NCBI GenBank assembly: GCA_963662945.1
Contig: OY759974.1
Location: forward strand, 1,152,001 to 1,216,000
Source: Arcobacteraceae bacterium
Lineage (GTDB): Bacteria; Campylobacterota; Campylobacteria; Campylobacterales; Arcobacteraceae
Reading direction: 5' to 3'
Length of the DNA stretch: 64,000 nt
Shown here: positions 40,101 to 49,535 of the stretch, piece by piece
Position numbering within the stretch: the stretch's first letter is position 1
Layout of the letters: every line of letters begins with the position of its first letter
Notes under the pieces: model-generated
What the model was told of the DNA's origin: nothing
The model's database searches: none
Seen by the model: the letters and a program-made list of their open reading frames with translations, nothing else
Program-made: the position numbers and the translations under genes

Positions 40101-41480
40101 ATGAGTGAAAAAGTTCAGACAACAGTTTATCGTATTAAAAGATATTGGGCATATGCCTTAGCTACTGTAGTAGCAATCGTAACCCCTTTTATTCAGATAA
40201 ACGGAAATCAAATATTTTTATTATCATTTGATAAAAAACAATTACATTTGATGGGAGTTGCATTTGATATGCAAGAATTATATATGATGCCATTTTTATT
40301 AATGTTATTATTTCTTGGTATTTTTGCTGTAACTGCTATTGGAGGTCGTGCTTGGTGTGGATGGGCCTGTCCTCAAACTGTATTTAGAGTTATTTATAGA
40401 GATTTAATTGAAGGAAAACTTTTAGGTTTAAGAAGAATCAAAAATAAACAAAAAGAGCCTGATTGGAAAAATCCTAAAAATGCTTCTAAAAGAATTATTG
40501 CAATTATCATTTGGGCTGCTCTTGCTCTGTTAGCAGCTGCAGATTTCATGTGGTATTTTATTCCACCAACTGATTTTTTTGAATATATGAAAAATCCTAT
40601 GGAACACACGGTATTACTTGGATTTATTTTAGGTGTTGCAGGTTTCTTAGTATATGATGTAATATTTTTACAAGAAAACTTTTGTGTTTATGTTTGTCCT
40701 TATTCAAGAGTACAATCTGTACTTTATGATGATGATACTATTCAAGCTATTTATAGTACAAAAAGAGGTGGAGATATTTACAATGAAAACAAAGAAAAAA
40801 TTGTTTTTAAACAAACTGATTTAGCTAATGAAACAGATGAATGTACTGCTTGTCAAAGTTGTGTGACTGTTTGTCCTACACATATAGATATTAGAAAAGG
40901 GATGCAATTAGAGTGTATTAACTGTCTAGAGTGTGTTGATGCTTGTACTTCTGTTATGGGAAAACTTGGAAAAGAATCATTAGTTCAATGGACAAGTACA
41001 AACCAAATTGAAAAAGACAAACCTACAAAATTAATCAGAAGTAAAACTATAATGTATGCTGCTGCGTTAGTAATAATTGTTGGTATGTTATTTGTTATGG
41101 GTGGTAAAAAAGAATATATGCTACTTAATATCAATAAAACAACTGAACTTTATAAAATAAGAGAAGGTGGTGAAGTTGCAAATAACTTTGTATTACTTTT
41201 CCAAAATACACAAAAAGAAAATTATACTTATAATCTTGAAGTAATAGGTGAATATGCTGGAAAAATCGAAATAAAAAGATTTACACCATTTAAACTAAGC
41301 CATAATAAAATGGCAAAAAAAGTTATTCAACTTTCAACAAAAGAAAGATTAGTTGATAGTGTTACTAAAGATACTCCTATCACTGTAACCTTAAGAGCAT
41401 ATGCAGTTGAGAACCCTAAAGAAATTAGTGTAATTCGACAAGCTGTATTTATCTACCCAAGAGCAGATAAGCTTAAATAA
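40101..41480 (+). CDS. ccoG: cbb3 oxidase accessory 4Fe-4S protein CcoG/FixG
   Basis: GR.WCGWACPQT, C.YVCPY, CTACQSC...CPT.IDIR.G.QLECINC.ECVDAC. Confidence 0.95.
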   Translation: MSEKVQTTVYRIKRYWAYALATVVAIVTPFIQINGNQIFLLSFDKKQLHLMGVAFDMQELYMMPFLLMLLFLGIFAVTAIGGRAWCGWACPQTVFRVIYRDLIEGKLLGLRRIKNKQKEPDWKNPKNASKRIIAIIIWAALALLAAADFMWYFIPPTDFFEYMKNPMEHTVLLGFILGVAGFLVYDVIFLQENFCVYVCPYSRVQSVLYDDDTIQAIYSTKRGGDIYNENKEKIVFKQTDLANETDECTACQSCVTVCPTHIDIRKGMQLECINCLECVDACTSVMGKLGKESLVQWTSTNQIEKDKPTKLIRSKTIMYAAALVIIVGMLFVMGGKKEYMLLNINKTTELYKIREGGEVANNFVLLFQNTQKENYTYNLEVIGEYAGKIEIKRFTPFKLSHNKMAKKVIQLSTKERLVDSVTKDTPITVTLRAYAVENPKEISVIRQAVFIYPRADKLK

Positions 41481-41501
41481 TTTATCTTAAAGTAAAAAAT
41501 T

Positions 41502-41536
41502 AAAAACCTAAGCCCTCTTTGGACTTAGGTTTTTTT
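41502..41536 (+). terminator. Intrinsic terminator after ccoG
   Basis: AAAAACCTAAG / CTTAGGTTTTT inverted repeat plus T-run. Confidence 0.75.
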
Positions 41537-41572
41537 ATGTTATAATCACAAAAATTTATAAAAGGAAACATT

Positions 41573-42088
41573 ATGCCATTATTAGATAGTTTTAAAGTTG
41601 ATCATACAAAAATGATTGCTCCAGCTGTAAGAATTGCAAAAACAATGAAATCAAAGAAAGGTGATAATATCAGTGTATTTGATATTAGAATTCACAAACC
41701 AAACAAAGACAAAATGACAGGAAGAGGAATACATACTTTAGAACATCTTTTTGCCGGATTTATTAGAGAACATTTAAATGGTAAAGATGTAGAAATTATA
41801 GACTGTAGTCCAATGGGTTGTAGAACTGGATTTTATATGAGTTGTTTAGGAACTCCAAGCGATAAAGAAGTAGCTAATGCAACTTATAAAGCAATGAAAG
41901 ATGTGTTAAAAGTAAAAAGTGAAGCAGATATTCCTGAATTAAATTTATACCAATGTGGAACATACAAAATGCATAGTCTTAAATCAGCACAAAAAACAGC
42001 AAAATATGTTGTAAAAAATGGTGTTGGAGTAATGAACAATAAAGATTTATTATTAACAAAGAAACAACTCAAAGAGTTAGATAAGTAA
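41573..42088 (+). CDS. luxS: S-ribosylhomocysteine lyase
   Basis: [28 protein letters not shown]. Confidence 0.97.
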   Translation: MPLLDSFKVDHTKMIAPAVRIAKTMKSKKGDNISVFDIRIHKPNKDKMTGRGIHTLEHLFAGFIREHLNGKDVEIIDCSPMGCRTGFYMSCLGTPSDKEVANATYKAMKDVLKVKSEADIPELNLYQCGTYKMHSLKSAQKTAKYVVKNGVGVMNNKDLLLTKKQLKELDK

Positions 42089-42094
42089 AAACTT

Positions 42095-42538
42095 ATGTCT
42101 GGTGAGTTAGAACTTTTTAAAACACTGTTTGACAACTCGCCTAATCTAGCTATTTTACATATCAACAATGATTGTAATGAAATCACAGAGGAGTTACAAG
42201 ATATTGTTGATAACTCTTTTGGAAAACTGACAGTAAAAGAGTTTCATCAAATTCAACCAAACAATTTTCGACTCAAAGATAGAAACTTTGAATATGCTAT
42301 TATTAGTAATTGCTTACATCTAATAGAAAATCAGAATAGATTTATCACTGGAGTTTACCACAGTTTAGAAAATTCTGCATTTGTAATCATTTTACAAAAA
42401 AAAGATACTATGAATATTGACTCTATAAAAGAACTCTTAGATCAAAATAACTTTCGTGCAGTAAATGATATCAATATTTTTCAAAAATATCATCTTGTTA
42501 TGGCAAAAAAACTCCATATGTGGGGAGCTGGACAATAG
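42095..42538 (+). CDS. Hypothetical protein, possibly degenerate class I methyltransferase fold
   Basis: F(E/D)Y.I....LH and Y.SL.N..F.II pattern but no Gly-rich SAM motif. Confidence 0.55.
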   Translation: MSGELELFKTLFDNSPNLAILHINNDCNEITEELQDIVDNSFGKLTVKEFHQIQPNNFRLKDRNFEYAIISNCLHLIENQNRFITGVYHSLENSAFVIILQKKDTMNIDSIKELLDQNNFRAVNDINIFQKYHLVMAKKLHMWGAGQ

Positions 42539-43284
42539 AACTTATACCAACTAGTGATGGTACACATACACTTTATAGTAAACAATTTGATCAACATTAT
42601 CATAGTGTAAAAGAAGGAGCATTAAATGAATCTCTTTCTAAACATGTTATTCCAGCACTTACTTATCATAAAAATAAAAAAGAACTCACAATTTTAGATA
42701 TATGTTTTGGTATTGGTTACAATAGCTTAGCCACATTATATTATGTACAACAAGAAAACCTCAATATCAAAGTAAATATTTATTCTCCAGAATTTGATTT
42801 AGATTTACTATATAGTATAAAAAATTTCACCTTTCCAAAAGAGTTTCAGTCACTTACACCAATTATCCAAGAAGTTTCACAAAATTTATATTACGAAGAT
42901 GAAAAGTGTAAAATTGAAATATATAATGGAGATGCAAGAGAGTACTTAAATATTTTATCTAATCAAAATATACTCTTTGATATAGTTTATCAAGATGCAT
43001 TTAGTAGTGAAGTAAATAGATTATTATGGACACAAGAGTATTTTGCACAAATTAAAAATATTTTAAATAATGATGCAATAATTACTACATATTCTATAGC
43101 TACTCCAATACGATTATCTATTTATAATAATGAATTGAGTATTTACGAATATAAACCTGATAATTCAAATCGCATTACCATTGCATTAAACAAAAAAGAG
43201 AGAGAAATTAATTATAAATATATAGATATGGAATTAAAAAAACAAAGAAACAAAACAGCAACAGCATTACAAGATAAGGAGTAA
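42520..43284 (+). CDS. mnmD: Standalone tRNA mnm5s2U34 methyltransferase (MnmC N-terminal domain)
   Basis: T.DG..TLYS..F.QHYHS...GA..ES, DICFG.GYN, GDAR, YQDAFS; GTG start uncertain. Confidence 0.85.
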   Translation: MGSWTIELIPTSDGTHTLYSKQFDQHYHSVKEGALNESLSKHVIPALTYHKNKKELTILDICFGIGYNSLATLYYVQQENLNIKVNIYSPEFDLDLLYSIKNFTFPKEFQSLTPIIQEVSQNLYYEDEKCKIEIYNGDAREYLNILSNQNILFDIVYQDAFSSEVNRLLWTQEYFAQIKNILNNDAIITTYSIATPIRLSIYNNELSIYEYKPDNSNRITIALNKKEREINYKYIDMELKKQRNKTATALQDKE

Positions 43285-43286
43285 CT

Positions 43287-43583
43287 ATGTTTGAAGAAGA
43301 AAGAATCGTCAAAGTTTTTAGAGTAACTGTAAAAAAGGTTATAGAAAGACTTTTAGAGATACAAGAATGTCCTATTGCAGAGTTTAAAGATTTAGTTATT
43401 GAAAAATTTGATGGATATGACTATGAAGGAGAAGAGGAGCTTGTAGGTTTTGAATCTTGGGATGATATTAGTACAAATGGAGAATACAAACTTACAATAA
43501 AAATTAACCATGAACATGCATATGAATTCACTTTACATATAAAAAATCAAAATAATAAAATCACCATATTTAATGTATTATAA
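43287..43583 (+). CDS. Hypothetical acidic protein
   Basis: AAGGAG RBS, 98-aa ORF. Confidence 0.7.
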   Translation: MFEEERIVKVFRVTVKKVIERLLEIQECPIAEFKDLVIEKFDGYDYEGEEELVGFESWDDISTNGEYKLTIKINHEHAYEFTLHIKNQNNKITIFNVL

Positions 43584-43666
43584 GAAGAATTAGACATATG
43601 ATATAATTAAAACTTATTTGTTTTTAAGCCAACCTTAAAAAAATATCTATTACAATTACTTATGTA

Positions 43667-43679
43667 TGACTACTAGTCA
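43667..43679. promoter_or_regulatory. Palindromic operator upstream of sqr
   Basis: TGACTA-C-TAGTCA just downstream of a TACAAT -10 candidate (43651-43656). Confidence 0.5.
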
Positions 43680-43714
43680 GATTTTCAAAAAAAACTAAAA
43701 ATTAAGGGGTAGAT

Positions 43715-45184
43715 ATGGCAAGATTAATTGTACTTGGAGGTGGTGTTTCTGGTCACACAGCAGCAACATTTGCTGCAAAGTGGTTAGGAAGTGCTCATGA
43801 AGTTGTGGTTGTAACACCAAATTCTAAATGGAATTGGATACCATCAAATATTTGGGTGGGTGTTGGTCAAATGACACCAGAGGATGTAACATTTGATTTA
43901 GCACCTGTTTATAAAAAAGCTGGAATCACTTACAAACAAGCGAAAGCTGTATCTATTCACCCTAATGGTAAAGAGGGAAGTGATAAAGAGTTCGTAACTA
44001 TTGAATTTACTAATCCTGAAAACGCAGGTCAAACTGAAGAGTTAGAATATGACTACATTATCAATGCAACTGGTCCAAAACTAAACTTTGGAGCAACACC
44101 AGGACTAGGTGAAGGAAGTAACTTAGGTGAACATACAGTGTCAGTTTGTACAGCAGATCATGCACACCATGCGAGTCATGAATTAGAAAAATGTATCAAA
44201 AAAATGAAAGAGGGTCAAAGACAAAAATTCTTAATTGGAACTGGTCACGGTATGTGTACTTGTCAAGGTGCTGCTTTTGAGTATATTTTTAATATTGAAC
44301 ATGAATTAAATAAAGCTGGGGTAAGAGATTTAGCAGATATCAAATGGATATCAAATGAATCTTTCTTAGGGGACTTTGGTGTTGGTGGACTTCATATGAA
44401 AACTATGGGATACGCTGTTAGTTCTAAAATATTTGCTGAATCACTCTTTACAGAAAGAGGGGTAGACTGGATTATCGGTGCTCATGTAAATAAAGTAGAA
44501 GCTGGTAAGGTACATTATGAATTACTTGATGGTTCTATGGGTGAAGAAGAGTTTGATTTTTCTATGCTTATTCCTCCATTTGCAGGTGTAGGTATAAAAG
44601 CTTATGATAAAGATGGTTCTGATATTACAGATACTATTTTTGCTCCAAATGGTTTCTTAAAAGTTGATGCGAACTATGCTGCTGGTGCTTATGAGAACTG
44701 GAAAGCTTCAGATTGGCCAAAAACATATCAAAATCCAACTTATGAAAATATCTTTGCTTGTGGTATTGCTTTTGCACCACCGCATACAATCTCTAAACCA
44801 ATGAGCTCTCCAAATGGAACTCCAATCAACCCTACACCTCCTAGAACAGGTATGCCATCTGGTATTATGGGAAAAACTGTTGCACATAGTATTTGTGACA
44901 GAATTCTAAAAGGGAAAGATGCTCCACTACATGAAGCTAGTATGGCAGAGATGGGTGCAGCTTGTGTGGCTAGTGCTGGTAAAGGTATATTTGATGGAAC
45001 AGCTGCTGCTATGACTATCTATCCTGTTGTTCCTGATTTTGAAAAATATCCAGGAACTGGTAGAGATACTGATTATACTTTTGGTGAAATTGGTCTTGCT
45101 GGGCATTGGATTAAACATATTTTACATTACCTATTCCTATGGAAAGCAAAACTAAAAATGGGATGGACTTTAATTCCAGAATAA
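43715..45184 (+). CDS. sqr: Sulfide:quinone oxidoreductase, type IV (SqrD-like)
   Basis: FAD motif LGGGVSG, WIPSNIWVGVG, SVCT, TCQGAAFEY, PPRTGMPSG, MGAAC, C-terminal W..IPE as recalled from Chlorobaculum SqrD. Confidence 0.92.
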   Translation: MARLIVLGGGVSGHTAATFAAKWLGSAHEVVVVTPNSKWNWIPSNIWVGVGQMTPEDVTFDLAPVYKKAGITYKQAKAVSIHPNGKEGSDKEFVTIEFTNPENAGQTEELEYDYIINATGPKLNFGATPGLGEGSNLGEHTVSVCTADHAHHASHELEKCIKKMKEGQRQKFLIGTGHGMCTCQGAAFEYIFNIEHELNKAGVRDLADIKWISNESFLGDFGVGGLHMKTMGYAVSSKIFAESLFTERGVDWIIGAHVNKVEAGKVHYELLDGSMGEEEFDFSMLIPPFAGVGIKAYDKDGSDITDTIFAPNGFLKVDANYAAGAYENWKASDWPKTYQNPTYENIFACGIAFAPPHTISKPMSSPNGTPINPTPPRTGMPSGIMGKTVAHSICDRILKGKDAPLHEASMAEMGAACVASAGKGIFDGTAAAMTIYPVVPDFEKYPGTGRDTDYTFGEIGLAGHWIKHILHYLFLWKAKLKMGWTLIPE

Positions 45185-45230
45185 GAATTAGGGTGATTAA
45201 TACAATAAAAATATAAAAAGGAAAAATACA

Positions 45231-45401
45231 ATGGCAAAAGTTAAAGAAGAAGAAAAAAACATTAAAGCATATAGTCAAAATTTTACAACAATGACTCCTG
45301 GTCCATTTGCAAAACGAATGAGAACTTGTGTTATCTGGCAATTTATCAGATTTATAATTATCAACCTTAAAATGATAATCGTTGTTGGTAAAAGTCACTA
45401 G
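45231..45401 (+). CDS. Unannotated 56-aa basic/amphipathic protein downstream of sqr
   Basis: AAAGGA RBS; MAKVKEEEKNIKAYSQNFTTMTPGPFAKRMRTCVIWQFIRFIIINLKMIIVVGKSH*; stop 2 nt before next start. Confidence 0.8.
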   Translation: MAKVKEEEKNIKAYSQNFTTMTPGPFAKRMRTCVIWQFIRFIIINLKMIIVVGKSH

Positions 45402-45403
45402 TT

Positions 45404-46213
45404 TTGGTTAAAGATATTATTACATACCCAACACCTCCAAGTGTTGAGTATGCAACAGATGTAAGAATTTTTGATGAAAATTTATTTACTTTAATCGAAG
45501 ATTTAAAAGATACGATTAACGCAAATAAATTAGATGGACTTGCTGCTTATCAAATAGGAAATTATTTCAATGTGGTTGTGATCAAACAAGGTGATGAGTT
45601 TTTAGAACTGATTAATCCTAGAGTTATAAATCCTATTGGTAAGGTAACAACGGAAGAGACAACAGCTTATTTTCCTGGACTGAGTGCAAAAGTGCAAAGA
45701 TATGAAAAAATAAGTCTCATATATCAAGATAGAGAAGCGAATCAACACTCCCTTAAGGCTGATGGAGAATTATCTATATTAATCCAACGTAAGGTCGATT
45801 ATACTTTTGGTTCTACTTTTTTAAATAAGCTCTCAAAAGATGAGAAAAAAAGATTTGAAAAAAAACTTGAATTTGGTTCTAATATTGCTATTCCTGAAAG
45901 TTGTCCAATAGTATCATATAAAGATTATCTCAACAAACTTTCAAATATTTTGTTAGTGGTTATTGCACTATTATTAGTTGGATCATTTTTTGTTAGTGAT
46001 GAGACCGCTTTAGAAAATATATGGGATTATCAAAGATATATATCATATGCAACAGTAGTTAATGGTTTTATATATCTAATATATGGCTATTTTGAGGGGA
46101 AAAGATATAGTTCATGTACTAGTTGTCAAATTGGTAATCTTGTAGGAACTTTAATAATAAGTTTTATCAAACTTACAATATTAATGATACTTTCTTACTT
46201 CTTAGTTGCATAA
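45404..46213 (+). CDS. Inactive peptide-deformylase-like domain fused to 3-TM CxxC membrane domain
   Basis: I.TYP, GLAAYQIG, INP, V.RY..I retained; EGCLS replaced by ETTAY and QHE.DH by QRKVDY; C-terminal TMs with CTSC. Confidence 0.8.
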   Translation: MVKDIITYPTPPSVEYATDVRIFDENLFTLIEDLKDTINANKLDGLAAYQIGNYFNVVVIKQGDEFLELINPRVINPIGKVTTEETTAYFPGLSAKVQRYEKISLIYQDREANQHSLKADGELSILIQRKVDYTFGSTFLNKLSKDEKKRFEKKLEFGSNIAIPESCPIVSYKDYLNKLSNILLVVIALLLVGSFFVSDETALENIWDYQRYISYATVVNGFIYLIYGYFEGKRYSSCTSCQIGNLVGTLIISFIKLTILMILSYFLVA

Positions 46214-46251
46214 ATTTAATCAAATATAATATTTAGAATTGGAGAACAGAT

Positions 46252-46764
46252 ATGAAAGATAATAATAGTTATTGGAATCCCCTTATTGCTGGATTTTTGC
46301 TTGGTACTGCACTATTTATAAGTTTTATGATAGCAGGTCAAGGAATGGGAGCAAGCGGTGCATTTGCAAGGCTTACAGCACAAGTTACATACCTTTATGA
46401 TGCAACTTTTGCAACAAATAGTTATGTAGCTCCATATTTACGAGATGGTAATGCATTAGCAAATTGGACAGTTATTCAAGTTGTTGGTATATTTATAGGC
46501 GGCTTTATTAGTGCAGCACTTGCAGGAAGAATAAAACAGTCTATTGATAGAGGTGATGGATACCCAATATATAAAAGATTATTTTGGGCTTTTTTAGGTG
46601 GTATGCTTATAGCAGCAGCTACAAGGCTTGCTCGTGGATGTACTAGTGGGCAAGCACTTGATGGAGCAGCAACATTTTCTGTTGGTGCTTGGATTTTTAT
46701 GTTAGCGGCTTTTGGTGCTGGCTTTTTACTAGCTCCATTGTTTAAAAAACAATGGAATATGTAA
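46252..46764 (+). CDS. YeeE/YedE-family sulfur/thiosulfate transporter half (1)
   Basis: W.P..AG, G...GGFISA, GG......RLARGCTSG motif; 4 TM. Confidence 0.88.
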   Translation: MKDNNSYWNPLIAGFLLGTALFISFMIAGQGMGASGAFARLTAQVTYLYDATFATNSYVAPYLRDGNALANWTVIQVVGIFIGGFISAALAGRIKQSIDRGDGYPIYKRLFWAFLGGMLIAAATRLARGCTSGQALDGAATFSVGAWIFMLAAFGAGFLLAPLFKKQWNM

Positions 46765-46775
46765 GGAGTTTTGTT

Positions 46776-47372
46776 ATGTATCCATTATATACAACTGGGG
46801 CAATCACAACAAATGAAAATTATCTTTATGCAATTTTTATAGGGATAATGTTTGGATTTATACTTGAACGTGCTGGTTTTGGAAGAGCAAAACATATTGC
46901 ACCAGTATTTTATTTTAGAGATTTAAGAGTATCAAGAGTAATGGTAAGTGCAATACTTACAGGTGCTTTCTGGATTACATTAGCTACATACAATGGATGG
47001 ATAGATTACAATCAAGTGTTTATACCAGCAACTTATGTATGGCCTTATTTAGTAGGTGGTGCAATATTTGGTATAGGTATGGTTATGTCAGGATGGTGTC
47101 CAGGAACTGCTGTAGTAGGTATAGCAAAAGGTAAAATTGATGCAGCAGTATTCTTATTTGGAGTACTAGCTGGTATGTATGTTTATTTTGATATTTTTGA
47201 TAATATTGCACACTTTGCAAACTCTGGATATCTTGGGAAATATACTATTGATAAACTTATTGGAGGAGATATCTATTCATCATTTATTATTACTGTAATT
47301 ATGGGAATTTGTCTTGCAATATTTATGCATACAATGAAAGCAATTAGAGAAAAAAAAGAGGGGGAAAATTAA
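46776..47372 (+). CDS. YeeE/YedE-family sulfur/thiosulfate transporter half (2)
   Basis: GI.FGFILERAGF, GG.IFG.GM..SGWCPGT; ATG at 46776 follows AAGGAG. Confidence 0.88.
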   Translation: MYPLYTTGAITTNENYLYAIFIGIMFGFILERAGFGRAKHIAPVFYFRDLRVSRVMVSAILTGAFWITLATYNGWIDYNQVFIPATYVWPYLVGGAIFGIGMVMSGWCPGTAVVGIAKGKIDAAVFLFGVLAGMYVYFDIFDNIAHFANSGYLGKYTIDKLIGGDIYSSFIITVIMGICLAIFMHTMKAIREKKEGEN

Positions 47373-47373
47373 A

Positions 47374-47748
47374 TTGAAATTAATTTCAGCAACAGTAGGG
47401 GTCATTTTACTAATAGCAGCGTTACTTTTATCTTATTTAGCATCATCAAATGGTGAAGCAATGTTAGCAAAAAAAGATGCCAAAGTAGTAGAATATGTAA
47501 ACAAATCAAAAGAAGCATTAGCAGTTGAGAATATAGAAAGTGCTTTAAAATATGCTAAATTAGCAATAGAAGTTGATCCTAAAAACAACAAAGCTTTTCA
47601 AGCATATGATGCAGTATTAAAATTTAAATATAAACCAAAAGAATCAGATGCAGTAAACACTCTACAAAGAGTACAACCATCTTCTGATGAAGATGAAGAA
47701 GATGAAGATGCTGCAAGTGGAGTTATCAAAGTAGATATGGGTTGTTAA
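47374..47748 (+). CDS. Membrane-anchored TPR-like protein with acidic arm and C-terminal Gly-Cys
   Basis: N-terminal hydrophobic helix, A..YAKLAIEVDP.N..A (TPR-like), DEDEEDED linker, ends DMGC-TAA. Confidence 0.7.
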   Translation: MKLISATVGVILLIAALLLSYLASSNGEAMLAKKDAKVVEYVNKSKEALAVENIESALKYAKLAIEVDPKNNKAFQAYDAVLKFKYKPKESDAVNTLQRVQPSSDEDEEDEDAASGVIKVDMGC

Positions 47749-47771
47749 TACAACTCATAGTATACTAATAA

Positions 47772-49535
47772 ATGAAATTTTTCTTTTTAGTACTATCTTT
47801 TACTCTTTTTTTATATTCTAACCAACAAAAAGACAATTGTCTTTCTTGTCATCAAAATACAACCCCAATAGACAACTATCACCCTTATGAAGAATTTGGC
47901 TGTGCCTCATGCCATGGAGGAGATGCAAAAGCGATTTCAAAAGTAAAAGCCCATCAAAATATTGTTTTAAATCCAAGTAGGCTAGAACATGCAAGTATGT
48001 TTTGTGGGAAATGTCATCAAGAGATTATTAATCGTGTTGATAAATCTATTATGAATAATATGCATGGTGTCTTAGATGTACTAAAATACCAATTTGGAGA
48101 GACAAAAACTATAGAAAAAACAACAGGAATTAAGTATTTAAAAAATAAGCCAACGGAACAACAATCTTTAGCTGAAGATCATTTTAGTAAACTTTGTGCA
48201 GCTTGTCATATAAACCAAAAAGAAGAGATATTTAAAAATACAGGATTTAGTGAAAGAGGTGGTGGCTGTGTTGATTGTCATAGAGTTGAAGATGGTAAAA
48301 AACTTGAAATTAAAAATGATATTTTAAAGCTCAACCATCCTAAACTCTCTACTAAAATTCCAAGTTCAAATTGTTTAAAATGCCACAATCGTTCTAATCG
48401 TATAGGACTCTCTTATTTTGGACAATTTGAAAGTGAGGGCTATGGCACTCCTTATAAAAATGGAAAACTCACCCATAAAATAGATAAAGATAGATACTAC
48501 TATGAACTTCCAGCAGACATCCATCATAGAAGTACAAAAATGGATTGTATAGATTGTCATACAGAAGCTGGAGTTATGGGAGATGGAAAACATCATGCCC
48601 ATATGGAAGATGCTGTAGATATTAGTTGTAAAGATTGTCATAATCCACAATTTAAACCATCAAATCAATTTGGACTTGCAGGAATGTTAACTGCATTAAA
48701 TGGAAATATCCCTTATTCTACAAAAATTGCTACTACAAAAAAGAAAAATTCGCCAATTTATAATTTACAAAAAGATGATTCTAATATGACTTTTTATAGA
48801 AAACGAGATGGGAAAGCTTTTGATATTTCAAAAATGAGTGATGCTCCTTATCATATTTCTAAAAACCACGAAAGATTAGATTGTACCGCTTGCCATAGCT
48901 CGTGGATACCTAGCTGTTATGGTTGCCATGAAGTATACTTTAAAGATGGGCAACAATATGATTGGATAAAACATAAAAAAACAAAAGGAAAATGGGTGGA
49001 GCTTAGAAGTTATTTACGATATGAGTCCCCTGCCCTTGCTATTGGGTACAATGAAAAGATTATGCCAACTGCTCCTGGCTGTCAAGTGATTGCAACTATC
49101 TATGATAAAGATATAAAAAATGATGAGTTTCACTCTTTTGCCTTTGCTGCTTGGGATCCACACACAACACAAAAACAATCAAGAACTTGTGTAGACTGTC
49201 ATTTTAATCCTCAAACATTGGGACTTGGAGCTGGTATTTTAGATATAAAAGAAAATAATGTCACTTTTACTCCTTACTATCAAAGTAAAGAAGATGGACT
49301 TCCTATTAACTATTCCTTAGATTCATTAATTTCAAAAGAAGGACAACAATTTCAAAGTTTTTCAAGAGAAAAAGCAAGAGGGTTTAATAAACAAGAGGTT
49401 ACTAAAATTATTGAAACGTATAAGTGTATAGTTTGTCATAATAAGTGGGAAGACCCTATTTATAAAGATTTTCAAAAAAGTAAAAAACTTTTTTATGAGA
49501 AAAAAACTTCTTGTAGTAAAGAGATACAAAAATGA
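47772..49535 (+). CDS. Exported multiheme cytochrome c (12 CxxCH)
   Basis: Signal peptide; CLSCH, CASCH, CGKCH, CAACH, CVDCH, CLKCH, CIDCH, CKDCH, CTACH, CYGCH, CVDCH, CIVCH. Confidence 0.92.
   Translation: MKFFFLVLSFTLFLYSNQQKDNCLSCHQNTTPIDNYHPYEEFGCASCHGGDAKAISKVKAHQNIVLNPSRLEHASMFCGKCHQEIINRVDKSIMNNMHGVLDVLKYQFGETKTIEKTTGIKYLKNKPTEQQSLAEDHFSKLCAACHINQKEEIFKNTGFSERGGGCVDCHRVEDGKKLEIKNDILKLNHPKLSTKIPSSNCLKCHNRSNRIGLSYFGQFESEGYGTPYKNGKLTHKIDKDRYYYELPADIHHRSTKMDCIDCHTEAGVMGDGKHHAHMEDAVDISCKDCHNPQFKPSNQFGLAGMLTALNGNIPYSTKIATTKKKNSPIYNLQKDDSNMTFYRKRDGKAFDISKMSDAPYHISKNHERLDCTACHSSWIPSCYGCHEVYFKDGQQYDWIKHKKTKGKWVELRSYLRYESPALAIGYNEKIMPTAPGCQVIATIYDKDIKNDEFHSFAFAAWDPHTTQKQSRTCVDCHFNPQTLGLGAGILDIKENNVTFTPYYQSKEDGLPINYSLDSLISKEGQQFQSFSREKARGFNKQEVTKIIETYKCIVCHNKWEDPIYKDFQKSKKLFYEKKTSCSKEIQK

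Noticed and set aside
45111-45398. 95-aa minus-strand ORF after sqr
   Set aside because: Overlaps sqr and lies opposite the better supported 56-aa plus-strand ORF
47740-47760. Selenocysteine readthrough at the Gly-Cys C-terminus
   Set aside because: Codon is TGT and the stop is TAA
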